From assembly GCA_963720675.1 (NCBI GenBank), contig CAVRGH010000010.1:491830-555829 (forward strand): a stretch of DNA of 64,000 nucleotides, read 5' to 3'. This document shows, piece by piece, positions 1 to 11,569 of this stretch; positions within the stretch are counted from its first letter, which is position 1; the number at the start of each line of letters is the position of its first letter. The position numbers and the translations under genes were made by a program. Origin of the DNA: an uncultured Acidimicrobiia bacterium. Its GTDB lineage: Bacteria > Actinomycetota > Acidimicrobiia > IMCC26256 > PALSA-555. The notes beneath the pieces were generated by a model, which saw only the letters and a list, made by a program, of their open reading frames with translations, searched no databases and was not told where the DNA came from.

Positions 1-1015
1 AGCCAGCGAGATCGACGAGGCGGTTCGAGTAGCCCCACTCGTTGTCGTACCAGCCGAGCACCTTCACGAGCGGGCCATTCGCCATCGTGTCGACCGAGGA
101 GAAGATGCACGATGCCGGGTTGCCGACGATGTCGGCCGAGACCAGCTCCTCCTCGCTGAACTCCAGCACCCGTTGGTAGGACGCGTCGTTCGACGCCTCC
201 AGGAACGCCGCATTGATCTCGTCGATCGACGCAGCGGTCTTCAGCTCGGCGGTCAGGTCGGTGATCGAGCCCGTGGCCGTCGGGACCCGGAGCGACGTGC
301 CGTCGAGGCGACCGTCGAGCTCTGGGAGCACCTTGCCGATCGCCTTCGCGGCACCGGTGGTGCTGGGGATGATCGAGAGTGCGGCAGCGCGCATGCGGCG
401 CAGGTCGGGCTTGCCCGAGCGCGTCGGCTTCGCGAGGTCCTGGAGCGACTGGTCGCTCGTGTAGGCGTGCACGGTCATCATCAGCCCGCGCTCGATGCCG
501 AACCGCTCGTTGAGGACCTTGGCCATCGGCGCGAGACAGTTCGTCGTGCACGACGCGTTGGAGATCACGGTGTGCGCCGCAGGGTCGAACACGCTGTCGT
601 TGACGCCGATGCAGATCATCGCGTCGGCGTCGCCGCTCGGCGCCGAGATGATCACGCGCTTGGCGCCGCCGGCGAGGTGGCCGGCGGCCTTCTCGCGTGC
701 AGTGAAGAGCCCGGTCGACTCGATGACGACCTCGACGCCGTGCTCGGCCCACGGGATCTCGGCCGGGTCCATCACGTCGAGCTTGCGGATCTCCTTGCCG
801 TCGACGCTGAAGCCCTGGTCGGTGGCTTTGACGTCGTGGTGGAGCGTGCCGCCGACGGAGTCGTGCTTGAGGAGGAACGACGCCGTGTGGGCGTCGCCCA
901 TCGGGTCGTTCACCGCCACCAGCTCGACGCCCGCGGACGCGCCGCGAGCGATGAGCGCCCGGGTGAACGAGCGCCCGATGCGCCCAAAGCCGTTGATTCC
1001 CACTCGAACGCTCAT
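1..1015 (-). CDS. gap: Glyceraldehyde-3-phosphate dehydrogenase, type I (3' end runs off the window)
   Basis: Absent from ORF track because there is no in-window stop. Reverse translation from ATG at 1015..1013 gives MSVRVGINGFGRIGRSFTRA. The window edge reads LVKVLGWYDNEWGYSNRLVDLAG. Both are canonical GAPDH signatures. Confidence 0.92.
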   Translation of the reverse strand, partial: MSVRVGINGFGRIGRSFTRALIARGASAGVELVAVNDPMGDAHTASFLLKHDSVGGTLHHDVKATDQGFSVDGKEIRKLDVMDPAEIPWAEHGVEVVIESTGLFTAREKAAGHLAGGAKRVIISAPSGDADAMICIGVNDSVFDPAAHTVISNASCTTNCLAPMAKVLNERFGIERGLMMTVHAYTSDQSLQDLAKPTRSGKPDLRRMRAAALSIIPSTTGAAKAIGKVLPELDGRLDGTSLRVPTATGSITDLTAELKTAASIDEINAAFLEASNDASYQRVLEFSEEELVSADIVGNPASCIFSSVDTMANGPLVKVLGWYDNEWGYSNRLVDLAG

Positions 1016-1089
1016 GCGCCCCTCATTCGTGAAGACCGATACTCGTGATGACCCTGCTGGTGCAAGGCAGTGTTCCAGGTTCGGTGCAC

Positions 1090-2022
1090 TCAGGACTCCA
1101 GCAGATCGGCGAGCGCCTTCGCCAATCTCGCGGGATCGTGGCGGTGGCCGCTCCCGACTGCCAGTGCAGCACAGACCGGCCGAACTCCCAGGGTCCGGAC
1201 CCCGGTCTCGTCGGCCGGGAGTCGGCCGTCACTGGGCGCGAGCAGCACGTCGACCCGACCTCCGTGCTCCAGCACCGCCCGGAGGTGATCGACGGCGTCC
1301 AGCCCCTCGGTCTCGGGCAGCTGGGGCTCGAGGTTCGAGACCTGGACCACCTGGCCACGAGTTGCGGCGACCGCGGCCCGGACCTCGGGAACGACCAGCA
1401 CCGGGAGCAGGCTCGTGTAGAGGGAGCCCGGCGCGAGCACGACCTGGTCGGCGGCCGCGATCGCCTCGATGGCGTCGGGGTGGGCGCGAGCGTCCGCGGG
1501 CACGATCCCGACCCGCCGGATCCGTCCCCGATGCTCCATCACCGCGACCTGGCCCTCCACCGAGCGAGGAGCGTCGCCGGGCCCGGCCGGGTCGACCTCG
1601 GCCTGGAGCACCACGCGCTCCCTCGTCGCAGGACGGACCCGCCCGACCGCACCGAGCACGCAACCGGCTTCGTCGAGCGCGCGGCCGACGTCGCCGAGCG
1701 ACTCGGTGAGCCCGACGAGCACGAGGTTCCCGAGCGCGTGCCCGCCGAGCTCGGTACCGCCGAAGCGGTGCTCGAACGCTTCGCTCCACACGTTGCCGGG
1801 CTCGGCGAGCGCGACCAGGCACTTGCGGAGGTCACCGGGGGGCACGACGTCGAGATCCCGGCGCAGCCGGCCGCTCGAACCCCCGTCGTCGGCCACGCTG
1901 ACCACGGCCGTGACCGACCCCGCGTACTGCCGGACCGCGCGGAGCGCCGCGGCGAGCCCGTGACCCCCACCGAGCGCGACGACCGCCGGGCCGGCGCCCT
2001 GCGAGCTCTCAGGCTTCGCCAC
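1090..2022 (-). CDS. yvcK: YvcK/CofD-like gluconeogenesis factor (UPF0052 family)
   Basis: 310-aa ORF with VVALGGGHGL and VVSVADDGGSSGRLR motifs typical of YvcK/CofD. GTG start overlaps the rapZ stop by 14 nt. Position downstream of rapZ is conserved. Confidence 0.85.
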   Translation of the reverse strand: MAKPESSQGAGPAVVALGGGHGLAAALRAVRQYAGSVTAVVSVADDGGSSGRLRRDLDVVPPGDLRKCLVALAEPGNVWSEAFEHRFGGTELGGHALGNLVLVGLTESLGDVGRALDEAGCVLGAVGRVRPATRERVVLQAEVDPAGPGDAPRSVEGQVAVMEHRGRIRRVGIVPADARAHPDAIEAIAAADQVVLAPGSLYTSLLPVLVVPEVRAAVAATRGQVVQVSNLEPQLPETEGLDAVDHLRAVLEHGGRVDVLLAPSDGRLPADETGVRTLGVRPVCAALAVGSGHRHDPARLAKALADLLES

Positions 2023-2876
2023 GGTCCACGTCCCGGTGGTGGAGCCGCGTCGAGAAACCCAGCTCCTGCAGCATGCGCGCGAGCTCCGTCGCGATCACGA
2101 CGCTGCGGTGGCGGCCGCCGGTGCAGCCGACTCCGATCGAGAGGTAGGCCTTGCCTTCACGCACGAACGCCGGGAGGAGGAGCGCGAACAGGCGGCGGAG
2201 CTCCTCGAGGAACGGGCCTGACTCCTCCTGTTCGAGCACGAACTCGCGGACCTCGTCGTCGGTCCCGGCCAAGGGTCGGAGGCGCTCGACCCAGTGTGGG
2301 TTCGGGAGGAACCGACAGTCGAACAGCACGTCGACGTCGACCGGCACGCCGTGCTTGTACCCGAACGAGACCACACTCGTCTGCAGCTCACCGGCTTCGG
2401 GTTCCCCCTCGCCGAACTGGACGCGGAGGCGGTCCCGCAGCTCGTGGACGTTGAGGCTGGTCGTGTCGACGACGAGGTCGGCCTGCCCCTTCAGCTCCGC
2501 CAGGAGCACCCGCTCGCGGGAGATGCCGTCCGCGATGCCGTCCGCGTCGGCGAGGGGATGCGGCCGCCTCGACGCCTCGAAGCGGCGCACGAGCGCCTCA
2601 TCGGTGGCGTCGAGGAACAAGATGCCGCGTGCGCGCTCCCGCCTCCCGAAGGTCCGCGAGGGCGGCCGAGAGGTCGTGCATGAACGCACCCGAACGGACG
2701 TCGACGACCAGGGCATAGCTCGACGGCCTGCCCCCACCGCTCGCGAGCTCGGCAACCTTGGGGATCAGGGCCGGCGGCAGGTTGTCGATCACGAAGAAGC
2801 CGAGATCCTCGAGCACGTCGGCCGCGGACGACCGGCCCGCGCCAGACATCCCGGTGACGATCGTCAGATCAAGCAT
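2009..2876 (-). pseudogene. rapZ: RNase adapter / nucleotide-binding protein RapZ (YvcJ), reading frame broken once near 2626
   Basis: N-terminus with P-loop ([34 protein letters not shown]) is in ORF 2598..2876. The rest ([16 protein letters not shown]...FGYKHGVPVDVDVLFDCRFLPNPHW...GCTGGRHRSV) is in ORF 2009..2755, another frame. One extra G in ACGCGGCATC restores continuity. Confidence 0.85.
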
Positions 2877-2903
2877 GTGGTGCCTGCATCATGTCGGCCT
2901 GCA

Positions 2904-4787
2904 TCACGGTCGGCCACCCGGTGCGGGTGAGCCACTGTGCAACCGCTCGTACAGGGCGGCCCCGACGGCGTCGGGCAACCATGGCAGCGCCAGCAGGTCG
3001 TCCACCGAAAGCTCACGGAGCTTCTTGACGGACCCGAACTCCCGGAGCAGGCGGGTGCGTCGCGTCGGCCCGAGCCCAGCCACCTCGTCGAGCACCGAGC
3101 GCGTCGCCTGCTTGTCGCGCAGCTTCCGGTGGTAGGTGATCGCGAACCGGTGGGCCTCGTCGCGCACCTGTTGCAGCAGGTAGAGCGCCTCGGAGTCGCG
3201 GGCGATGCGCACCGGCTCGCTGCGATCGGGCAGGTAGACCTCTTCCAGGCGCTTCGCGAGCGAGGCGACCTGGATGTCCTCGAGCCCGAGCTCCTCCAGG
3301 ACGCGCACGGCGACATTGAGCTGACCGCGTCCGCCGTCCACCACCAGCAGGTTGGGAGGGTACGCGAACCGCTTGCCGGCGCGTGCGCCCTCGTCGCGCT
3401 CCTCGAGGTACCGCTTGAAGCGGCGGGTGAGCACCTCCTCCATGGAGGCGAAGTCGTCCTGGCCGTCCTGGTGGCGGACCTTGAAGCGGCGGTAGTCGGA
3501 CCGCTTGGCGAGCCCGTCCTCCATCACGACCATCGACCCGACGATCTCGGTCCCCTGGAGGTTCGAGATGTCGAAGCATTCGATACGCAGCGGCGCGTCC
3601 GGAAGCTGTAGCGCGTCCTGGAGGGCGGTGAGCGCTCGGGCGCGAGCGTTGTGGTCGGACGCGCGCTTGAGCTTGTGCTGCGCGAACGCTTCGCCGGCGT
3701 TGCGCGTGACGGTCGCGAGCAGCTCGCGCTTCTCCCCCCGTTGCGGGACCCTGACCCCGACGCGCGCGCCGCGGACCTCGGCGAGGAACGCTTCGGCGAG
3801 CTTCGGATCGGCCGGCTGGACCGGGACGAGCACCTCCCGTGGGACGTCCTCGGGCGCGGCGCCCGCGTACAGCTGCTCCAGGGTCCGCTCCACCAGCGCC
3901 GGGGTGTCGAGGTCCTCGACCTTGTCGACCACGAGGCCGCGCCGACCGACGACGCGGCCCTTCCGGACGAAGAACAGCTGGATCGACGCCTCGAGCTCGT
4001 CCTCGACGAGTCCGATCACGTCGAAGTTCTCCTCCTTGGGGGCGACCATCTGCTGTCGCTCGATCGCCTTGCGCACCGAGGTGAGCTGGTCGCGGAGGCG
4101 AGCAGCTCGCTCGAACTCGAGCTCGTCGGACGCCTCGCGCATCTGCAGCTCGAGCCGGGCGACGACCGGGCCGCTCTCGCCGTCGAGGAACGCGATCAGG
4201 TCGGCGACGAGCCGGTCGTACTCGTCCTTCGCGATGTCCCCCACACACGGCGCCGCACACTTCTCGATGTGGGCGTAGAGGCAGGGACGCCCGAGGCGCT
4301 TGTGCCGATCGAACTTCGCGTTCGTACAGGTGCGGATCGGGAACGTGCGCAGGAGGAGGTCGAGGGTCTCCCGGATCGCGTATGCATGGGCGAACGGCCC
4401 GAAGTAGCGAACGCCCTTGCGCTTCTTGCCCCGCATCACCATCGCCCGGGGCCACTCCTCGTCGAGGGTGACCGCGAGGTACGGGTACGACTTGTCGTCC
4501 TTGTACCGGATGTTGAACCGGGGATGGTGTGTCTTGATGAGGTTGTACTCGAGGAAGAGTGCCTCGACCTCGTTGCTGACCTCGATCCACTCCACCGTCT
4601 CGGCCACCGCGACCATCTGGCGGGTGCGGGGCAGCAACGACTCCGGCGGGCCGAAGTAGTTGGAGAGACGGCTGCGGAGGCTCTTCGCCTTCCCGACGTA
4701 GATGACCCGGCCGCGCGCGTCCTTGAACTGGTAGGAGCCGGGGGTGGTGGGGATGGAGCCGGCCTCGGGGCGCTGCACGGTCCCCAT
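2904..4787 (-). CDS. uvrC: Excinuclease ABC subunit C
   Basis: ORF 2904..5066. Homology starts at internal ATG (4787) with MGTVQRPEAGSIPTTPGSYQFKDARGRVIYVGKAKSLRSRLSNYF (GIY-YIG). A C-terminal HhH region is present. Confidence 0.93.
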   Translation of the reverse strand: MGTVQRPEAGSIPTTPGSYQFKDARGRVIYVGKAKSLRSRLSNYFGPPESLLPRTRQMVAVAETVEWIEVSNEVEALFLEYNLIKTHHPRFNIRYKDDKSYPYLAVTLDEEWPRAMVMRGKKRKGVRYFGPFAHAYAIRETLDLLLRTFPIRTCTNAKFDRHKRLGRPCLYAHIEKCAAPCVGDIAKDEYDRLVADLIAFLDGESGPVVARLELQMREASDELEFERAARLRDQLTSVRKAIERQQMVAPKEENFDVIGLVEDELEASIQLFFVRKGRVVGRRGLVVDKVEDLDTPALVERTLEQLYAGAAPEDVPREVLVPVQPADPKLAEAFLAEVRGARVGVRVPQRGEKRELLATVTRNAGEAFAQHKLKRASDHNARARALTALQDALQLPDAPLRIECFDISNLQGTEIVGSMVVMEDGLAKRSDYRRFKVRHQDGQDDFASMEEVLTRRFKRYLEERDEGARAGKRFAYPPNLLVVDGGRGQLNVAVRVLEELGLEDIQVASLAKRLEEVYLPDRSEPVRIARDSEALYLLQQVRDEAHRFAITYHRKLRDKQATRSVLDEVAGLGPTRRTRLLREFGSVKKLRELSVDDLLALPWLPDAVGAALYERLHSGSPAPGGRP

Positions 4788-4869
4788 TGTCCCAGAGATG
4801 GGAATCGGTTCGGTCGGCTCGACGTTATGATCTCCACAAGACCGGGCCTGGAAGTCCCCGGTCACAATA

Positions 4870-4969
4870 CGAACCCGGGGCCGACAACCCCGCGGTGGGC
4901 GACCAGGCTGTCCCCGCCGGCCATCACCGGGCTCGCACATCAGGTACCAACCGTGAGGTGCCACACATG
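4870..4969 (+). promoter_or_regulatory. Candidate class-I NAD+ riboswitch (nadA motif), two tandem domains ending at the nadA start codon
   Basis: ACAACCCCGCGGUGGGCGAC (4884-4903) and ACCAACCGUGAGGUGCCAC (4946-4964) are two similarly built short hairpin/internal-loop cores 62 nt apart. The first resembles the CAACA-CCCC...GGGG-ACGA core I recall for nadA-motif domain 1. The second abuts ATG 4967. Gene context (nadA) is the canonical one. Confidence 0.35.
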
Positions 4970-6061
4970 CTGCGACTCCAGGCTCCCCTGCCGGACCGGT
5001 ACACGCTCGCGTCCCCCGATGAGCTCGCCGAGTGGATCCAGACCGCCAAGGACACGCTCGGTGCACGGCTCCTGATCCTCGGCCACCACTACCAGCGGCC
5101 CGAGGTCATCCGCTGGGCCGACCTGCGGGGCGACTCGTTCAAGCTCGCCCAGTGGGCCGCCGAGCACGACGAGGCCGACACGATCGTCTTCTGCGGCGTC
5201 CACTTCATGGCCGAGGCCGCCGACGTGCTCACGGCGGACCACCAGCGGGTGATCCTCCCCGACCTCAACGCAGGTTGTTCCATGGCCGACATGGCCGACA
5301 TCGACCAGGTCGAGGAGGCCTGGGCCGAGATCGCCGCGATCACCGACATCGAGCGCGTCGTCCCGATCACCTACATGAACTCCTCGGCGGCACTGAAGGC
5401 GTTCGTCGGCGAGCACGGTGGGTCGGTGTGCACCTCGTCGAACGCGCGGGCGTCACTCGAGTGGGCCTTCGCGAAGGGTGACCGAGTGCTCTTCTTCCCC
5501 GACCAGCACCTCGGTCGCAACACTGCGTTCCAGATGGGCTACGGCGCGTCCGACATGCGCGTCTGGAACCCCCACAAGGATCTGGGCGGGCTCGAGGACC
5601 GCGACGTGAAGGAGTCGAAGATCCTCCTGTGGAAGGGGCACTGCACGGTCCACCAGCGCTTCCAGCCCAAGCACGTCGAGGCGTTCCGTGCCGAGCACCC
5701 CGACGGCGAGGTCATCGTGCATCCGGAGTGCATGCACGAGGTGGCCGAGCTTGCCGACAAGGTCGGCTCCACCGAGCGCATCCTCGAATGGGTGACCGCG
5801 GCGCCCACCGGGTCGACGCTCGGGATCGGCACCGAGATCCACATGGTGCAACGCCTCGCGGCCGAGAACCCCGACAAGACCGTCATGTCACTCGATCCGC
5901 TCGTGTGCCCCTGCGCCACGATGTTCCGCATCGACGAGCCGCACCTCGCGTGGTGCCTCGAGTCGCTCGTGGCCGGCACGGTGGTGAACCAGATCGTGGT
6001 CGACGATCACACGACCGAGTGGGCGAAGGTCGCGCTCGAGCGGATGCTCGCCATCACCTGA
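4967..6061 (+). CDS. nadA: Quinolinate synthase
   Basis: ORF 4787..6061. Homology begins at ATG 4967 (MLRLQAPLPDRYTL...LILGHHYQRPEVI...VFCGVHFMAEAADVL...CSMADMA), typical NadA. Confidence 0.92.
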   Translation: MLRLQAPLPDRYTLASPDELAEWIQTAKDTLGARLLILGHHYQRPEVIRWADLRGDSFKLAQWAAEHDEADTIVFCGVHFMAEAADVLTADHQRVILPDLNAGCSMADMADIDQVEEAWAEIAAITDIERVVPITYMNSSAALKAFVGEHGGSVCTSSNARASLEWAFAKGDRVLFFPDQHLGRNTAFQMGYGASDMRVWNPHKDLGGLEDRDVKESKILLWKGHCTVHQRFQPKHVEAFRAEHPDGEVIVHPECMHEVAELADKVGSTERILEWVTAAPTGSTLGIGTEIHMVQRLAAENPDKTVMSLDPLVCPCATMFRIDEPHLAWCLESLVAGTVVNQIVVDDHTTEWAKVALERMLAIT

Positions 6062-6083
6062 CCCGTCTCACCCAGCCCCGGCT

Positions 6084-7791
6084 TCAGGTGCGGACGTACT
6101 CCGCGACGGTGAGGCGAATCCCGCTGAGGAACTCGATCGAGCGCGACGACGCCCGTGCGTAGTCGCCGAACCGCTCGGGCGCCTGGCGCGGCGTCCGTGC
6201 GACGACGCTGAACCGCTCGGCCCCGGTCGCGTCGAGGATGCCGAGTGCCACGCTCCGATCGCCGGGTTCGTCCACCGTGAGCCGCGGCGCCGCGGGGTCG
6301 TAGAACGCGCCCCGCTCACGCAGCTGGTGCGGGAGGCCGATCGTCACCACCGGATCCCGAGTAGCGAGCACCGCGGCAGAGTCGGCGACGACGTGCGAGC
6401 GCTCCGAGAGCCACGCCACACCGCACCCGGTGACGAGGACCGCCGCGAGCACGAACGCGACGAACGAGCGCGTGCCCCGCTCCAGCAGTGCGACGATGCC
6501 CACGACGGCCAGGAGGGCGCCCGATGCCAGCAGGTACCGCCCGCCCCACTGCACGTTGGCGCCGTCGGGATACTGGAAGAGGAACACGAGGGGTAGGGCC
6601 CCGATCACGATCGCGGCGACGAGCCGCGGCTTCACGTCACGCGTCGCCGCGATCGCGCCGGCCACGGCGAACGGCGAGGTGACGAGCATCCCGGGAAGGA
6701 AGCTCAGGCCGTCGGACAACCGGAACAGCAACAGGGCACCGGCGAGCAGCGAGGGCCACGTAGGCAACGGGCTCGGTGCCGCTTCAGGTCGAGGAGCACC
6801 GCGGCGGCGAAGCCGACGAGGACCACGATCAGCGCGCCGAACAGCCAGTCCACCCTCGGCGCGTAGTTGTTCAACCCGACCGTGGTGCGAAGCACGTTCT
6901 CAATCCGCACGACGAGATCGGTCCCGCCAGCAGCCGCGGCACTCGACGCCCGCCCGCTCCGGAGCGCTTGCCCGACGCGAGCCGCTCCAGGAGCTGGTCG
7001 AGCGCGAGCGGTGTCACGAGCCCCACTGCCGCGGCGGCCACGATGCCCGGGATGCCGCGCCGGCGACTGCGGACGAGAACGACCGTGGCAACCAGTACGG
7101 TCACCGCCGCGTACACGAGCGCCTCGGTGCGCATCGTCGCGGCGAGGCCGAACAGCGCCCCGGCCGCGAAGGTGGCCTTCCACCCGGCGGCGCCGGCGCG
7201 CCACGTCGACGAGCAGCACGACGCCCCAGAGCATCGCAGCGAGGCCGAGCGAGTGCTCCCAGAAGTCCAGCGCGTACACCGCGACCGGGGTGGCGAGGCC
7301 AATCGCCCAGAAGGCGAGCATGCCGTCACCACCCAGCCGTCGCGCGAGGGCGCGCGCCGCGAGGGCCGCGAGCACCGCTCCGAGCATGGGGAGCAGCAGG
7401 ATCCCGCGCAGACCGCCCACCTCGTAGAGCGGCACGGCCGCGTAGAGCATCGGCAGCGTCGTGACGTTCAGCCATTGGTCGCCGATGTGGCACGGTGAGC
7501 GCGAGCGGGTGCGCGACGCCGTTGCGGTCGAACCGCTCGGCCCAGTACCCGACGTCGGGATCGAGGTCGCCTCGCTCGTCCATCGCCCGGATGGTCGCGA
7601 CCTTGGCGCCGGTGTCGGTGCCGAGGAACGCGCGCGGGTCGTTGAGGAGCGACAGGCACCCGTAGATCCCGAGGAGGACGACGCAGGCGACGAGCGGCCG
7701 GGTCAGCGCTGTGCCGCGCCCGCGCCGGGAACGGCCGGGACGAGATCGGGCCGGACACCGACGGCGCTCGGGGCGCCGTCGCGAGGCTCAC
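6084..7791 (-). pseudogene. Polytopic membrane protein, GT-C/PMT_2-like glycosyltransferase candidate, frame broken 4-5 times
   Basis: Hydrophobic, coherent segments are spread over ORFs 7326..7583, 6704..7450, 6871..7332 and 6084..6767. Examples: LTRPLVACVVLLGIYG...DPDVGYWAERFDRNG / IGDQWLNVTTLPMLYAAVPLYEVGG / WKATFAAGALFGLAATMRTEALVY / TDLVVRIENVLRTTVGLNNYAPRVDWLFGALIVVLVGF / PTWPSLLAGALLLFRL. Junctions lie near 7488, 7212, 6985 and 6785, possibly also about 7715. Start is uncertain; a GTG at 7791 overlaps the upstream stop. Confidence 0.55.
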
Positions 7792-8537
7792 CCCTGCTTG
7801 CGGGCGAGCAGGACGAGCAGTCTGGGGATCGAGGCCGCCTCGCCGTACTCGGGTGCCTGGTCCAGGAAGCCCGGCGGAGGCGGTGGTTCGTCCATGTGCT
7901 CGACGAGCAGCCCACAAGTTGCCATCACGTTGATGTATCGGCTCAGCGGGCGGTGCATAAAGGGGAGTTTGATGCCGGGGGCAACCTCCTCCATCGACAC
8001 GTCGTCGTGCAGGTAGGGGCCGACGCGCCAGTACTGCTCTTCGAGGATGTGGTCGTCGATCCATCCGCTGTTCGGCGCCTGGAGCAGCGGATGGTTGAGG
8101 AAGAGGAGGAACCGACCGCCGGGGGCCAGGACCCGCCCGACCTCCTCGACCGCGGGCTCGAAGGGATCCATGTGCTCGAGGCTCAGGCAGATCACGAGCG
8201 CGTCGAACGAGCCGGTTGCGAAGGGCAGGTGCTCGGCCGCACTCCGGGCGTAGCGGACGTCACCGCCGCGCACCTTGGCCTCGACGATCTGGTTCTCGGT
8301 CAGGTCCACGCCGACGACACGCGCACCGCGGGCCGCGGCGCGACGCGAGAGCTGGCCTTCGCCACAGCCGACGTCGAGGAGGAGCGATGCACCCGCGAGG
8401 TGCTCATCGGCCAGCGGGAGGATCTGCTCCTCGTACTCCGGGTCGGCGCCGTCGGTGAAGTGCTCCTGCCACCACCCGGCGTGCGTCTCCCACTCGTTGC
8501 CCACCGCGTCGGGCTCGGGGACCACGGGTGCCGGCAT
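7788..8537 (-). CDS. Class I SAM-dependent methyltransferase
   Basis: 249-aa ORF with LLLDVGCGEGQLS (motif I) and ...VLAPGGRFLLFLNHP. ATG start at 8537. Confidence 0.8.
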   Translation of the reverse strand: MPAPVVPEPDAVGNEWETHAGWWQEHFTDGADPEYEEQILPLADEHLAGASLLLDVGCGEGQLSRRAAARGARVVGVDLTENQIVEAKVRGGDVRYARSAAEHLPFATGSFDALVICLSLEHMDPFEPAVEEVGRVLAPGGRFLLFLNHPLLQAPNSGWIDDHILEEQYWRVGPYLHDDVSMEEVAPGIKLPFMHRPLSRYINVMATCGLLVEHMDEPPPPPGFLDQAPEYGEAASIPRLLVLLARKQG

Positions 8538-8556
8538 CGCCTGACCGTACGCCGGG

Positions 8557-11508
<2,952 letters not shown>

Positions 11509-11537
11509 GAGACCATTGTACCGAGGGGTCGACCGGG

Positions 11538-11553
11538 TCGAACGGATGTTCGC
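11538..11553. promoter_or_regulatory. Putative LexA (SOS/Cheo-type) operator upstream of uvrA
   Basis: TCGAACGGATGTTCGC matches the Gram-positive/actinobacterial TCGAAC-N4-GTTCGA palindrome with one mismatch. It lies just upstream of a TACAAT -10 box (11520..11515 on the minus strand). Confidence 0.5.
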
Positions 11554-11569
11554 TCCGGCGGCGGGCCGC

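Noticed and set aside
2600-2650. Programmed ribosomal frameshifting or recoding as the explanation for split rapZ, polA, fabH and others
   Set aside because: The junctions show no slippery heptamers or downstream structures. The breaks go in both directions, hit unrelated genes and cluster regionally. This pattern fits sequence error or mutation, not a conserved recoding signal.
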